Source: Lachnospiraceae bacterium (GTDB lineage Bacteria > Bacillota > Clostridia > Lachnospirales > Lachnospiraceae). Taken from it: 39,594 nucleotides of DNA. The notes below the pieces were generated by a model, which did not search any database, was not told the origin of the DNA, and saw only the letters and a program-made list of their open reading frames with translations. Positions 16,537-27,518 of the stretch are shown here, piece after piece. The position numbers were made by a program, and so were the translations under genes. The stretch is taken from positions 1 to 39,594 of the forward strand of contig JAGDCQ010000011.1 in NCBI GenBank assembly GCA_017958465.1, in the 5' to 3' direction. Position 1 is the stretch's first letter; every line of letters starts with the position of its first letter.

Positions 16537-17343
16537 ATGAACTTTAGTGAAAACGAATTTCAACAGATAGTTTCGTTCATAAAACAGAATTACGGAGTTA
16601 ATTTGGCAGACAAGAAAACGCTCGTGGAAGGCCGGCTGTCCTCTGTGCTTGCAAGGAGCGGTTACAGGACCTGTTCGGAGTTTCTCCGTCAGGCTTTTCG
16701 TGACCCTCAGGGCGAAGAGGTGACGACACTTGTTAATTCCCTTACTACAAATCATACTTTTTTCTTAAGGGAACCCGAGCATTTTCACTTTTTAAAAGAC
16801 GTTGCTCTTCCGGAGCTTGCGGAGAAAAACAAGCTCTTTAAGGACCTTGGGATCTGGTCTGCGGCGGCTTCGAGCGGCGAGGAAGCCTTCACCATCGCAA
16901 TGACAATTAGGGATTTTTTCGGGCCGGACGCTGAAAAGTGGGATACCACCATCCTTGCTACGGATATCTCGAAAAAAGCGCTTTCCATTGCGGCCAAGGG
17001 TGAATACGACGCAGAAAGGGTTTCTACCCTGCCTGCCACCTGGATCTCGGCCTATTTCAAGAGCATTCAGGGCGACAGGTTCCGCGTATGCGACGAGCTG
17101 AGGCGCCAGGTGCTCTTCAGGCACTTCAACCTCATGGAAGAGTTCCGTTTCAAACGAAAATTCCATATAATCTTTCTTCGAAATGTGATGATCTATTTCG
17201 ATGAACCTACAAAAGATGAGCTGCTTAGGAAAGTAAGCGACGTGCTGGAGCCCGGCGGTTACCTCTTTATCGGCACCACAGAGGTGATGGGGCGCGACAG
17301 ACACGGACTTACATGTGTGCAGCCCTCTATCTATCGAAAGTAA
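16537..17343 (+). CDS. cheR: Chemotaxis protein methyltransferase CheR
   Basis: The N-terminal helical domain (FQQIVSFIKQNYGVNL), the SAM-binding motif IWSAAASSGEEAFTIAM, and IFLRNVMIYF. Confidence 0.9.
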   Translation: MNFSENEFQQIVSFIKQNYGVNLADKKTLVEGRLSSVLARSGYRTCSEFLRQAFRDPQGEEVTTLVNSLTTNHTFFLREPEHFHFLKDVALPELAEKNKLFKDLGIWSAAASSGEEAFTIAMTIRDFFGPDAEKWDTTILATDISKKALSIAAKGEYDAERVSTLPATWISAYFKSIQGDRFRVCDELRRQVLFRHFNLMEEFRFKRKFHIIFLRNVMIYFDEPTKDELLRKVSDVLEPGGYLFIGTTEVMGRDRHGLTCVQPSIYRK

Positions 17344-17367
17344 CACGTACACGTATTGGAGAGGCAT

Positions 17368-18390
17368 ATGAAGAAGATAAGAGTACTTGTAGTGGACGAT
17401 TCCCGCCTTTACCGGGAGCTCCTCGCAGACGGGATCAACCAGGATCCTGCCCTCGAGGTGGTGGCCACAGCCGGCGATGCCTACGAAGCCAGGGACGCCA
17501 TAATAGCTACCAGGCCGGACGTTATGACGCTGGACGTGGAGATGCCCGGGATGAACGGGATAGAGTTCTTAAGGCGCCTGCTTCCGCAGTATTCGCTGCC
17601 GGTGGTGATGGTCAGTTCCTTAAACGAAGCGGTCTTTGACGCCATGAGCGCCGGAGCCGTGGATTTCGTCGATAAGCCGAAGGTCCAGACTTCCGAGGCT
17701 TTATCGGAGTTTGTCAGAAATGAGCTTAACGCAAAGATAAAAATAGCATCCATCGCAAAGGTTCCCGTTGCCTCAAAGCATCATGCGCCGGGTCCCCAGA
17801 GCTTTGGCCCGGTTTCCGGCAGCAGGCTGATAGCCATAGGCGCCTCAACGGGCGGCACAGAGGCCATACTCAGCGTCATCAGCGCCTTCGGGAAGGATAC
17901 GCCGGGAACGGTGGTGGTACAGCATATGCCGGCAGGCTTCACCAAAATGTACGCCGAGCGCCTTGACAGGGAGTGCGAAGTTTCTGTCCGCGAGGCTAAG
18001 GACGGGGATGAAGTAAAGCCCGGGACAGTGCTCATAGCCCCCGGAGAGCTTCAGATGAGGGTCGAAAGGCACGGCGACGGATACCGTGTCAAGTGCACCA
18101 ATGAGGGCAAGATAAGCGGCCATAACCCTTCTGTGAACGTTCTATTCGAATCGGTGGCAGCAGCGGCCGGAAAGCACGCTATAGGCGTTATCCTTACAGG
18201 AATGGGTGCAGACGGCTCGGACGGGCTTCTCAACATGAGGAACGCCGGAGCCGCTACCATAGGCGAAAGCGAGCGCAGCTGCATAGTATACGGCATGCCC
18301 CAGATGGCGAAGCTCAAGGGCGGAGTCGAATGGGAGCTGGATCTTGAAGAGATCCCGGACAAGATAAACGAGATCCTTAAACACAGTTAA
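17368..18390 (+). CDS. cheB: Chemotaxis response regulator protein-glutamate methylesterase CheB
   Basis: REC domain (RVLVVDDS...MTLDVEMPGMNG) plus methylesterase motifs GASTGGTEA and QHMPAGFT. I prefer ATG 17368, preceded by GGAGAGG, over TTG 17356. Confidence 0.9.
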   Translation: MKKIRVLVVDDSRLYRELLADGINQDPALEVVATAGDAYEARDAIIATRPDVMTLDVEMPGMNGIEFLRRLLPQYSLPVVMVSSLNEAVFDAMSAGAVDFVDKPKVQTSEALSEFVRNELNAKIKIASIAKVPVASKHHAPGPQSFGPVSGSRLIAIGASTGGTEAILSVISAFGKDTPGTVVVQHMPAGFTKMYAERLDRECEVSVREAKDGDEVKPGTVLIAPGELQMRVERHGDGYRVKCTNEGKISGHNPSVNVLFESVAAAAGKHAIGVILTGMGADGSDGLLNMRNAGAATIGESERSCIVYGMPQMAKLKGGVEWELDLEEIPDKINEILKHS

Positions 18391-18414
18391 TCATACATCA
18401 TCGGAGGTAGATCT

Positions 18415-18810
18415 ATGAAGACATTAATAGCAGAGGACGATTTCGCGAGCCGCAAATTTATGCTCCGTTTTCTCTCGAAATTTGGCGAGTGCGACATTAC
18501 AGTCGACGGTCTCGAAGCAGTCGACGCCTTCCTTATGGCGCTTGAATCCGGCGAAGGCTACGACCTTGTGTGCCTTGACATCATGATGCCCGCAATGGAC
18601 GGCTACCAGGCGCTCAAGGCTATCAGGGATATAGAGAAAGAGAAGAATATCCCCGAGGAGAAGAGGGCAAAAGTCATCATGACAACAGCTCTTAACGAGG
18701 GCAGGAACGTTTCGAAGGCGTTTGAGCTGGGCTGCGTTGCGTATGCCGGAAAGCCTATCGATCAGGAGAAGTTCGAAAACGTGCTCAGAAAGATAGAGCT
18801 TATCCCTTAA
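18415..18810 (+). CDS. cheY: Single-domain response regulator (CheY-like)
   Basis: A 131-aa REC domain with EDD, CLDIMMP, MTT and GKP signature residues. It lies between cheB and cheA. Confidence 0.8.
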   Translation: MKTLIAEDDFASRKFMLRFLSKFGECDITVDGLEAVDAFLMALESGEGYDLVCLDIMMPAMDGYQALKAIRDIEKEKNIPEEKRAKVIMTTALNEGRNVSKAFELGCVAYAGKPIDQEKFENVLRKIELIP

Positions 18811-18859
18811 CGGGAATGAGGGAATGGGAGTCGCAGACTAGTAATGTATGGAGGTAAGC

Positions 18860-21064
18860 ATGGCGGAAGCATACATCACAGAGAGCATGCTTGACATGTT
18901 TTTGTATGAGAGCGGGCAGAACCTTGAACAGCTCGAAAACCTTGGCATAGAGTGCGATAAGAGCGGGGAGCTGTCCGAGGCCAGTGTTAATGAGATATTC
19001 CGCATTATGCACACACTGAAGGGTTCGTCGGGCATAATGATGTATAACGACATCACTACATGTGCCCACAGCCTGGAGGACGTTTTCTATTATATCCGCG
19101 AATCGAAGCCCAAGAACATCCCTGTTTCCGATGTTGTTGCGCTTGTGTTTGATTCGTGCGAATTCATCAACGGCGAGCTGGACAAGATCCGGGACGGCGG
19201 TCAGCCGGACGGAAGCTCTGAGGCCCTTGTCAAGGCAAACAAGGAATTCCTCGAACGTCTCAAGAAGAATATCACGGACGGCGGCGAAAAACTCCCCGCG
19301 GACACGCGGAAAAAGGCGCCGGAGAAGTTCTACATTGCCCCCGCCGTATCAAGCGATACCAATCATTATCATATCACGATCAAATACCGCAGTGACACGG
19401 AAATGGCTAATGTCCGTGCATATACGGCCGCTTTCTCGCTGAAGAACGCGGTTGCGGATATGTATTACATCCCGGAGGACATCATTGCCGACGAAAACAC
19501 CGCCGAAGCTATCCTTGCGGACGGTTTCCATATCTATGTTTCGGACAAGGGCTCCGAAGAGGATGTGATGCGGAGCATAAACCAGGGCTCCGGCATCTCA
19601 AACATAGAGATAGAGCGGATCTCGGCAGAGGAATACCTTAACGGCAAGCAGGCAGGGCCCGGGGCCGGGTCAGGGGACATCCTCCTTCCCGGCGAACAGG
19701 AAGAGCCGGCAGCCAAGAAGCCTGCAAAGAAGGCTTCAAAGCGCAGCTCGAAGAAGGCTGCCGAGGGCGATGTGATCCTTGCGCCTGCGGAAGAAAAGCC
19801 CGTCTCTGTGGGGGAAATGGCCAAAAAGGCAGAGGAACAGACGGCAAAGCCCGCAGCCCCCGCTTCAAAGGCGCCCATGCCTACGGCCTCAAAGCAGACC
19901 TTCATAAGCGTGAACGTAAGCAAGATGGACGAGATCATGGACCTTGTGGGCGAGCTTGTAATAGCGGAGTCCGTTGTTGTGAACAATCCGGACATCACAG
20001 GCATAGGCCTAGAGCTTCCCAACTTCCAGAAGGCATCCGCCCAGCTTCGTAAGATAATAGGCGACCTGCAGGATGTGGTGATGGGGATGCGCATGCTCCC
20101 GCTTGCACCTACATTCCAGAAAATGAACAGGATCGTGTTTGATGTTTCAATAAAGCTCGGCAAGGACATAGACCTTGAGATAATAGGCGAAAACACCGAG
20201 GTGGACAAAAACATCATCGAGCATATATCCGATCCTCTTATGCACCTTGTGAGGAACTCCATAGACCACGGCATCGAAACCCGTGAAGAGAGGGCAAAGA
20301 CCACAAAGTCTCCGAGAGGAAAGATCACTCTTGAGGCCAGGAACGAGGGCGGAAAGGTGTGGATCATCGTTAAGGATGACGGCGGCGGCTTAAACCGCGA
20401 CAAGATCCTCGCAAAAGCCAGGGCAAACGGCCTCATAGGCAACCGTAACGAGAAAGAGCTGACGGACAAAGAGATCTACAACTTCATCACTCTGCCGGGC
20501 TTTTCAACGAAAGAGCAGGTTACGGAATACTCCGGCCGCGGCGTCGGTATGGACGTTGTGGTACAGTCCATCCAGGACGTGGGCGGAAGCCTTGAAATAG
20601 ACAGCACTCCGGGCTTTGGCTCAACAATGACCATAAAGATCCCGCTCACCCTTGCCATCATGAAGGGCATAGTCGCAAAGATCGGCAGCGCATCCTACGT
20701 TATGCCGACCGGCGAGATAAACGAGTTTGTGACGATAGAAAAGAAGGACCTCCTCGTGGAGCCGGAAGGGCGCGAGTCCATCATCATCCGCGGCGAGTGT
20801 TACCCTGTCATAAGGCTCAAGGAGTTTTACCACCTTAAAGAGGGGTACGACGACGTGGAGCTGGGTACCTTCATAGTAGTGGAGTACGAGGGTATAAAGG
20901 CCGCCGTTTTTGTGGACGACCTTGTAAGCGAGCAGGAGATAGTGGTCAAGCCTATCCCGCCGTACATCAAGAAGATAAAAGGCATTTCGGGCTGTACGCA
21001 GCTCGGGGACGGATCCATCAGCCTGATCCTTGATGTGGGCAGCATCTTAAAAGGCTTAGAGTGA
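18860..21064 (+). CDS. cheA: Chemotaxis histidine kinase CheA
   Basis: Hpt motif IFRIMHTLKGSSG, dimerisation and HATPase motifs (DPLMHLVRNSIDHG, GRGVGMDVV), and a C-terminal CheW-like domain. I prefer ATG 18860 because GGAGGT lies 4 nt upstream. Confidence 0.92.
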   Translation: MAEAYITESMLDMFLYESGQNLEQLENLGIECDKSGELSEASVNEIFRIMHTLKGSSGIMMYNDITTCAHSLEDVFYYIRESKPKNIPVSDVVALVFDSCEFINGELDKIRDGGQPDGSSEALVKANKEFLERLKKNITDGGEKLPADTRKKAPEKFYIAPAVSSDTNHYHITIKYRSDTEMANVRAYTAAFSLKNAVADMYYIPEDIIADENTAEAILADGFHIYVSDKGSEEDVMRSINQGSGISNIEIERISAEEYLNGKQAGPGAGSGDILLPGEQEEPAAKKPAKKASKRSSKKAAEGDVILAPAEEKPVSVGEMAKKAEEQTAKPAAPASKAPMPTASKQTFISVNVSKMDEIMDLVGELVIAESVVVNNPDITGIGLELPNFQKASAQLRKIIGDLQDVVMGMRMLPLAPTFQKMNRIVFDVSIKLGKDIDLEIIGENTEVDKNIIEHISDPLMHLVRNSIDHGIETREERAKTTKSPRGKITLEARNEGGKVWIIVKDDGGGLNRDKILAKARANGLIGNRNEKELTDKEIYNFITLPGFSTKEQVTEYSGRGVGMDVVVQSIQDVGGSLEIDSTPGFGSTMTIKIPLTLAIMKGIVAKIGSASYVMPTGEINEFVTIEKKDLLVEPEGRESIIIRGECYPVIRLKEFYHLKEGYDDVELGTFIVVEYEGIKAAVFVDDLVSEQEIVVKPIPPYIKKIKGISGCTQLGDGSISLILDVGSILKGLE

Positions 21065-21078
21065 ACGCAGGAGGGTTT

Positions 21079-21573
21079 ATGGTAGAAGAAAACAACATTT
21101 GGACTGAGGATGAAGACACCCAGCGCGACAAGTATATGACTTTCACCGCCTGCGGCGAGAATTACGGCATTTCCATCAGCTGTGTGAACGAGATAGTGGG
21201 ACTCTCGAAGATAGCGGAAGTCCCGGAGACAGCTTCCTACGTGCGGGGGCTCATAAACCTGCGCGGAAAGATCATCCCCGTTATCGACGTGAGGATGCGA
21301 TTTGGCAAGGAGCCGCTTGAATACAACGACAGGACCTGCGTTATCGTCATAACGGTGAACAAGACCGTTGTGGGGCTTATCGTGGATAAGATCGCAGAGG
21401 TATGCACCGTGGAGCAGGACCAGATAGTCCCGCCGCCTACGGTTGTGAACAACTCCGGTCAGACAAGGTTTATCTACGGGATCGTGCGGAGCGAGGATGA
21501 AGTGACTATGCTCATCGACCCCGCAAGGCTCATTTCCGATGAAGATCAGGAAGCTCTGAGAAACCTGGCATAA
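21079..21573 (+). CDS. cheW: Chemotaxis coupling protein CheW
   Basis: CheW domain (YMTFTACGENYGISISCVNEIV...LINLRGKIIPVIDVRMRF). I prefer ATG 21079, preceded by AGGAGGG, over GTG 21061. Confidence 0.9.
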   Translation: MVEENNIWTEDEDTQRDKYMTFTACGENYGISISCVNEIVGLSKIAEVPETASYVRGLINLRGKIIPVIDVRMRFGKEPLEYNDRTCVIVITVNKTVVGLIVDKIAEVCTVEQDQIVPPPTVVNNSGQTRFIYGIVRSEDEVTMLIDPARLISDEDQEALRNLA

Positions 21574-21615
21574 AAGTATTTGCCGGTGTTTCCGGCGTTC
21601 AGGATGTAGGAAAGG

Positions 21616-23070
21616 ATGTTTTCAATCATGAAAGATTATTCGATCAAAAAAAGACTGACTTTGATCATCACCTTGCAGGCTGTCGTCCTTGCGCTGCTGT
21701 TCTGCGGCGCGGTGGCGACCATATACGTTACTTCGGGCAACTACGCGAACGCCCTTAAGGAGGCGGGTGTAGCAGCCGATGTCATCGAAAAGATAGAAAA
21801 AGGGCGGACCATCAACGTCTGGATCCTCATCGGAGCCATGGTAGTGATCTTCCCGCTGATAATGCTGGCCGTAAGATACGTGGTAAAGACCATAAAGCAG
21901 CCGCTCGAGGAGATAAAGAGCGGTATCGGAAAGCTTTCAAAAGGCGAGCTGATCGAGATCAAAAAGTACGGTAAAGACGAGCTTGGAGAAATAGCGGACG
22001 CCCTCAACGGAATGAGCGCCAATATGCGGGAACAGGCGGCAGCGGCGCAGCTTGTGGCAGACGGCGACCTTACCGTGAGCGTGACACCGAGGAGCGAGAG
22101 CGACGTCCTTAATATCGCACTCCGCCAGCTTGTGGAAGACAACAATATGGCCCTTGGCGAGATGAAAAACTCCGCCGAGCAGGTTTCGGAAAGCTCCGAG
22201 CAGGTAGCGGCCGCAAGCCAGGCTCTTGCACAGGGCTCAACTGAGCAGGCAAGCGCCATCACCGAGATAACAGCTTCTATTGAGGATATAGCCCACAAGA
22301 CCAGGGCAAACGCAACCGACGCAAACCACGCAAACGAGCTTGTTAGCAACGCGCGGAACGACGCAGAGCTCGGGGATAAGCACATGGGCGATATGATAAC
22401 TGCTATGTCCGAGATAAACGAGTCCTCCGAGAATATCTCGAAGATCATCAAAGTCATCGACGATATTGCCTTCCAGACAAATATCCTTGCGCTGAACGCG
22501 GCTGTTGAGGCTGCAAGGGCAGGTTCCAACGGAAGAGGCTTTGCTGTGGTAGCAGACGAGGTAAGGAACCTTGCGGGCAAGTCCGCACAGGCTGCCAGCG
22601 AGACGGCACAGCTTATCGAAAACTCTATCCAGAAGGTGAACAGAGGCTCCAAGATAGCAGAGGAGACGGCAGCTTCCCTTAAGGAGATCGTAGCGGCGAT
22701 AGAGCAGGTTGCAGAGATAATAAGCGAGATCGCAAACGCTTCGAACGAGCAGGCAACGGCCGTTAACCAGATCAATCAGGCCATTGGCCAGGTTTCTGTG
22801 GTCATCCAGAACAACTCTTCAACAAGCGAAGAGTGTGCCGCAGCAAGCGAGATACTCTCAATGCAGGCTTTGAAGCTCCGTGAGATGATAGGCCACTATA
22901 AGCTCCTTGAATCCAAGAGAAAGCGCAGGAGAAGCGCATCAAAGGATCTTAAGACGGCAAAGAAGAGCGAGGATAATGCAGTCGGGACAGAGGCTCCGGC
23001 AGGCCTTATAGAGGAAAAGAAGGACGAAGAGATCGTGATCTCCCTCGACGATAATTTCGGAAAATACTGA
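21616..23070 (+). CDS. Methyl-accepting chemotaxis protein (two TM helices, ~29-aa external loop, HAMP, MA domain)
   Basis: Highly conserved signalling hairpin [27 protein letters not shown]...[13 protein letters not shown], with a HAMP domain after TM2. The alternative start is ATG 21628. Confidence 0.9.
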   Translation: MFSIMKDYSIKKRLTLIITLQAVVLALLFCGAVATIYVTSGNYANALKEAGVAADVIEKIEKGRTINVWILIGAMVVIFPLIMLAVRYVVKTIKQPLEEIKSGIGKLSKGELIEIKKYGKDELGEIADALNGMSANMREQAAAAQLVADGDLTVSVTPRSESDVLNIALRQLVEDNNMALGEMKNSAEQVSESSEQVAAASQALAQGSTEQASAITEITASIEDIAHKTRANATDANHANELVSNARNDAELGDKHMGDMITAMSEINESSENISKIIKVIDDIAFQTNILALNAAVEAARAGSNGRGFAVVADEVRNLAGKSAQAASETAQLIENSIQKVNRGSKIAEETAASLKEIVAAIEQVAEIISEIANASNEQATAVNQINQAIGQVSVVIQNNSSTSEECAAASEILSMQALKLREMIGHYKLLESKRKRRRSASKDLKTAKKSEDNAVGTEAPAGLIEEKKDEEIVISLDDNFGKY

Positions 23071-23079
23071 AATCAAAAA

Positions 23080-23114
23080 CGGTGTGACACTTGAAGTGCC
23101 ACACCGCTTTTTTT
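23080..23114. terminator. Bidirectional rho-independent terminator between the convergent MCP genes
   Basis: CGGTGTGACAC-ttgaa-GTGCCACACCG is flanked by an A-run (23075-23079) and a T-run (23108-23114). A second + strand hairpin GACCGGA-ctt-TCCGGTC plus TTTTTT lies at 23119-23141. Confidence 0.7.
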
Positions 23115-23157
23115 GGCGGACCGGACTTTCCGGTCTTTTTTGTTTGGTCTTTGTTTA

Positions 23158-25155
23158 TCAGATCTTTACGAACCTTTCGACTTCGCTCTTTAAGCTGTCG
23201 GAGATCTGGCTGTTCTTCTCTGCTTCGGAGCGGATATCGTTCATGGAGCCTGCAAGCTTTGTAGCCTCCTCTGCAACCATGCTGATGCCGGAAGTGCTCT
23301 CTGCCACTGCACGGTTAACATTGTCCACACTCCTTGATACCTCGGAGAGGGTAGAGGAGAGGTTCTGCGAATTCTGCTGGAACTCGCCAAGGATACCCTT
23401 CATGCTCTCAGCATCCTGGAAATACTGCTCGGAATATCCCACAAACTGCTCATAGTCGTTAAGAATGGACTCATCCACATATTTGAGGATCGCCTCGGCA
23501 TTCTTGGAAAGGAGGGCAACAGCCTCGTTAACGAGCTTACTGATGGCCTGGATGTTGTTAGCCGCATTACGGCTGGAATCCGCAAGGGTCCTGATCTCGT
23601 CCGCAACGACTGCAAAGCCTTTGCCTGCTTCGCCTGCTCTTGCGGCCTCTATGGAAGCGTTAAGCGCAAGAAGGTTTGTCTGGCTGGAGATTGAAAGGAT
23701 CTCGTCCGTAAGAGTGTTGATCTTTTCAACGTTCTTGCTGTTTTCAATAGCCTTGTTGAGGTCTGCGCGTCTTTCGCCGATCATATCCTCGGCGCTCTTC
23801 TTGTTGGTAACGGAGAAGTCCTTAACGGTATTTGCACGCTTCTGGACATCACCTACAAAATTGTAGCCTTCGTTTACACGGCTGTTCATGGTCTCTGCCT
23901 GCTCGGAGATCGCGGTAGCGCTGAGGACCAGCTGGTCAACAGTATTGTTGATCTCCTGCATATTTGCTGCAAGCTCCTCGGAAACTGCGGAAACATTGGC
24001 GGTACTGTCGTTTGAAACCCTTATCTCGTTGTTCAGGTGAACAACGGACTCGTTGAGGTTTTCGGACTCGCCGCGGATCTTCCTGATAACGTTCTGCAGC
24101 TGCTCCATGAATGCGTTGACGCCCTTGAGAAGCTGGCTGATCTCGTCTTCGTTCTTTGCGGGGAACCTTGTGGTAAGGTCGCCGTTACCCTTGGAAATAC
24201 CGTCGATCACGGTGTTCATGGTACCTGCTGCGGAAACTGCGGGCCTGATGATCCTTCTTAACTGGATCAGGATAACGCCGCCAACTGCCAGGAATACAAC
24301 GATAAAGATGATGACCATGAGGTTGAGGGTCTTGGTGATGGATTCTGCCTCGGCCTGGGCCTTTGCAACCTTTGCATCCGAAGCCTCGCGGATGGTGTAT
24401 TCGCCGAGGATCCTGGTCTGGACGTTAGTCATATTGCCGTCGGGCCCTTTTTCCTGAACGTATCCGCCGTCCTTGTAAAGACTGACTGCGAAACCTTCTA
24501 CGAAACGGGACTGGGTGGCCATATTCTGGGCATCAACCCACCACTGGGATGTGATATTGCCCATCTCATCATATTCAAGGGTGGAATTTGCGTTATACGC
24601 GTCAAAAAGCTTTGTATAGGCATTGATGATGTATTCTGTAGCTTCAATGTAGCTTACTATGGACCAGTTGAGGAGTTTTGCGTGTGCCTCTTCCTCGGGC
24701 AGCTTGTCAAGATATCCGAGGACATCACCCTTAACCTCAACAACAGTGAAAGTAGCATCATATACATCGGCGTACTCAGCCTGGATCTTTTCAAGCTCCT
24801 GCTTGGTGGAAGGGTATTTGCTGTCATACATGGAATTCAGGACATCGCGGATATTGTTGAGGGACTCCGTCATAAGCTCGCACTCCTGAATGCCGGAAAC
24901 ACCGTAGATGTATCCCATGAACGGGTTGTTGTCGCGGGCGAAATCCTTCATCTGGTAAACACGTTTTACAAGCGACTGGACGTTTGTACTGATGATGCCG
25001 ATGTTCCTTTCAATGGCAATGTTCTCTTCGGCCAGGCGGTTTGCGGCGTCTCCAAGCTTTTTGACATTTGTGCTGACCAGGATCATACTGATCAGGAAAA
25101 TGACAGGGAGGAGCGCTACAAGACTCATGATCTTTGCAGTGATTGATTTGAACAT
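23158..25155 (-). CDS. Methyl-accepting chemotaxis protein with a large (~270 aa) extracellular sensor domain
   Basis: TM1 ([19 protein letters not shown]), a long periplasmic region, TM2 ([19 protein letters not shown]), HAMP, and the MA core [41 protein letters not shown] prefer ATG 25155 because GGAGG lies 8 nt upstream. ORF-track start is 25218. Confidence 0.88.
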   Translation of the reverse strand: MFKSITAKIMSLVALLPVIFLISMILVSTNVKKLGDAANRLAEENIAIERNIGIISTNVQSLVKRVYQMKDFARDNNPFMGYIYGVSGIQECELMTESLNNIRDVLNSMYDSKYPSTKQELEKIQAEYADVYDATFTVVEVKGDVLGYLDKLPEEEAHAKLLNWSIVSYIEATEYIINAYTKLFDAYNANSTLEYDEMGNITSQWWVDAQNMATQSRFVEGFAVSLYKDGGYVQEKGPDGNMTNVQTRILGEYTIREASDAKVAKAQAEAESITKTLNLMVIIFIVVFLAVGGVILIQLRRIIRPAVSAAGTMNTVIDGISKGNGDLTTRFPAKNEDEISQLLKGVNAFMEQLQNVIRKIRGESENLNESVVHLNNEIRVSNDSTANVSAVSEELAANMQEINNTVDQLVLSATAISEQAETMNSRVNEGYNFVGDVQKRANTVKDFSVTNKKSAEDMIGERRADLNKAIENSKNVEKINTLTDEILSISSQTNLLALNASIEAARAGEAGKGFAVVADEIRTLADSSRNAANNIQAISKLVNEAVALLSKNAEAILKYVDESILNDYEQFVGYSEQYFQDAESMKGILGEFQQNSQNLSSTLSEVSRSVDNVNRAVAESTSGISMVAEEATKLAGSMNDIRSEAEKNSQISDSLKSEVERFVKI

Positions 25156-25246
25156 TAAGTATACCTCCGTTTTATTTGCTACGGTGATGGTCATGGTCGC
25201 AGTAAAACCCGGGGACAATGATCATATAAGAAAATGTAGTAAATAC

Positions 25247-25275
25247 ATTATACCACGAAAACCAAGAAATATAAA
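25247..25275 (-). promoter_or_regulatory. Candidate sigma-A promoter (extended -10) for the - strand MCP
   Basis: On the minus strand: TTTATA, a 17-nt spacer, then TGgTATAAT. On the + strand, attata is at 25247-25252 and tataaa at 25270-25275. Confidence 0.4.
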
Positions 25276-25416
25276 GACATTTTTCTGAAAACCGAGGTGA
25301 AATGTATGAAATTAAACAGTTAAATAAAAATTGATTATAGAATTCGAGACCTCAAACTAAATTTATTATATATCAGACGCTGTATAGGGCATGTGATAGT
25401 TAAGGCCTGTTTTGAT

Positions 25417-25445
25417 TTGACTTTTTTCTTTTGATTAATTATAAT
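25417..25445 (+). promoter_or_regulatory. Near-consensus sigma-A promoter for the topoisomerase operon
   Basis: TTGACT (25417-25422), a 17-nt spacer, then TATAAT (25440-25445), in an AT-rich divergent intergenic region. Confidence 0.55.
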
Positions 25446-25549
25446 TTTCATATCACAAGACCTTGTTATCAAAACACACTCGACTACAAGGTACTGTGGT
25501 TTTATTTATGATTTCAATGCGGGAAGGCTTTGCCCCGCACGGAGGGTTT

Positions 25550-27481
25550 ATGGAACAATATACCGGAAGCCAGATAGTGGTACTTGAAGGCCTTGAGGCC
25601 GTCAGAAAGCGTCCCGGCATGTATATCGGGTCGACAGGGACAAGGGGGCTCCACCACCTTATCTGGGAGATCCTTGACAACAGCATAGATGAGCATCTTG
25701 CGGGCTTTTGCGACAAGATCGAGATAACCCTCGCAAAAGACGGCAGTGTGATAGTGGAAGACCACGGGCGCGGAGTGCCCACAGACCTCCACCCTGTGAA
25801 GAAGATCCCTACTATCCGCGTGATATACACAATCCTCCATGCGGGCGGAAAGTTCGATTCCACGGTTTACAAGGTATCCGGAGGTCTTCACGGCGTAGGC
25901 GCTTCCGTTGTCAACGCCCTTTCCACAAAAATGACGGTAGAAGTAAAGCGCGGCGGGTTTGTTTACCGCGATGAATACAGAGATGGCGGCCACCCGGTGA
26001 CAGAGCTTGTGGGCGGCCTTGTTCCCGTTGTCGGAAAATGCGCAAAGTCCGACACGGGCACAAAAGTAACCTTTTACCCGGATCCGTCGATCTTTGACAC
26101 GGTCACATTTAATCCCGAGACTATCGCAAAGAAGCTTAAAGAAACGGCTTACCTCAACAAAGGGCTCACCATAACCTTCAAGGACAAGATAAACGGCACA
26201 GAGCAGACGTTTTACGAAAAAGACGGCATTAAGAGCTACATTTCCTACCTTACCCGCGAGATGAACACGCTCCACCCGGAGCCCATCTATATCTCGGGCA
26301 CGGACGACGGGATCGAGGTGGAAGTTGCCTTCCAGTACACAGACCAGTTCACGGAGCAGATAAATTCTTACTGCAACTGCATCAACGTTGTGGAAGGCGG
26401 TACCCTCGTCACCGGCTTCAAGGCCGGGCTTACCCGCGTTATGAACCAGTACGCGAGGGAGCTGGGGATCCTGAAAGATAAGGATGAAAACTTCGACGGC
26501 AAGGATATAAGAAACGGCATCGTAGCCATCGTTTCCATAAAGCATCCGGACCCGCAGTTTGAGGGCCAGACAAAGACCAAGCTTGGCAACACAGACGCAA
26601 AAGCCGCGGTTGAGGATGTTTTCTCGGAGGAGGTAACAAGATACTTCGATAAAAATGTCGAGGTCTTAAGGTCGATCCTCGAAAACTCGCTCCGTTCCTA
26701 CTCTGCAAGGCGCGCGGGCGACAAAGCGAGAAACGCGGTGCTAAAGTCCATTAACGACGTTGACACCAAGTCAAAGCTTGCGTCCTGCTCCTCGAAAAAG
26801 GCGGAGGAGTGCGAGATCTACATCGTAGAGGGTAACTCCGCAGGCGGCACCGTGAAAGAGGCCAGAAACCGCAAGACACAGGCGGTGCTCCCGCTCCGCG
26901 GAAAGATCCTGAACGTAGAGAAGGCTCCCTTAGAGAAGATCCTTGCAAACAACGAGATAAAGACCATGATAGCCGCCTTCGGCTGCGGCATCGCGGACGA
27001 TTTCGATATAAACAAGCTGCGCTACGGCAAGATCATAATCCTTACCGATGCCGATGTGGACGGCGCGCATATCTCGACTTTGATGCTTACCTTCTTCTAC
27101 AGGTTCATGCCGGACCTTATCACGGAAGGGCACGTATACCGCGGGCTCCCGCCCCTTTACAGGGTTGAGTACGAGGCCCCGGGCAAGGGCAGGAAAACCA
27201 CAGCCTTCGAGTATATCTTCAACGACGCCGAGCTTGAGAAGTTCCGCAAGAATTCGGGCAAGAAGATAACCGGGATCCAGCGCTACAAAGGTCTTGGCGA
27301 GATGGATGCCGAGCAGCTCTGGGAAACCACTCTCGACCCGGAACACCGCGTTCTTGCCCAGGTGACGCTGTCCGACACTATCGAGGCGGACGAAGTCACC
27401 TCCATGCTCATGAGCAGCAATGTGCCGCCGCGCCGAGCTTTTATCATGGATGAGGCTAAATACGCAAAGCTTGACATCTGA
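25550..27481 (+). CDS. parE: Type IIA topoisomerase ATPase subunit (ParE/GyrB family; ParE-like by partner and context)
   Basis: Motifs VLEGLEAVRKRPGMYIGST, GGLHGVGASVVNALS, TOPRIM IVEGNSAGG, PLRGKILNVEKA and TDADVDGAHI. I prefer ATG 25550 because GGAGGG lies 3 nt upstream. The upstream 29 codons of the ORF are implausible. Confidence 0.88.
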   Translation: MEQYTGSQIVVLEGLEAVRKRPGMYIGSTGTRGLHHLIWEILDNSIDEHLAGFCDKIEITLAKDGSVIVEDHGRGVPTDLHPVKKIPTIRVIYTILHAGGKFDSTVYKVSGGLHGVGASVVNALSTKMTVEVKRGGFVYRDEYRDGGHPVTELVGGLVPVVGKCAKSDTGTKVTFYPDPSIFDTVTFNPETIAKKLKETAYLNKGLTITFKDKINGTEQTFYEKDGIKSYISYLTREMNTLHPEPIYISGTDDGIEVEVAFQYTDQFTEQINSYCNCINVVEGGTLVTGFKAGLTRVMNQYARELGILKDKDENFDGKDIRNGIVAIVSIKHPDPQFEGQTKTKLGNTDAKAAVEDVFSEEVTRYFDKNVEVLRSILENSLRSYSARRAGDKARNAVLKSINDVDTKSKLASCSSKKAEECEIYIVEGNSAGGTVKEARNRKTQAVLPLRGKILNVEKAPLEKILANNEIKTMIAAFGCGIADDFDINKLRYGKIIILTDADVDGAHISTLMLTFFYRFMPDLITEGHVYRGLPPLYRVEYEAPGKGRKTTAFEYIFNDAELEKFRKNSGKKITGIQRYKGLGEMDAEQLWETTLDPEHRVLAQVTLSDTIEADEVTSMLMSSNVPPRRAFIMDEAKYAKLDI

Positions 27482-27518
27482 CTTTAATACCGGGCTTTGC
27501 CCGTTTGCAAGGTGAAAC

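Noticed and set aside
25463-25549. N-terminal extensions offered by the ORF track for parE (25463), the - strand MCP (25218), fliW (38638), flgM (32159), cheW (21061), cheA (18848), cheB (17356) and the nucleoside kinase (10745).
   Set aside because: In each case an internal ATG is preceded by a strong GGAGG-type SD at proper spacing and begins the conserved family N-terminus. The extensions lack SDs and have implausible sequence.
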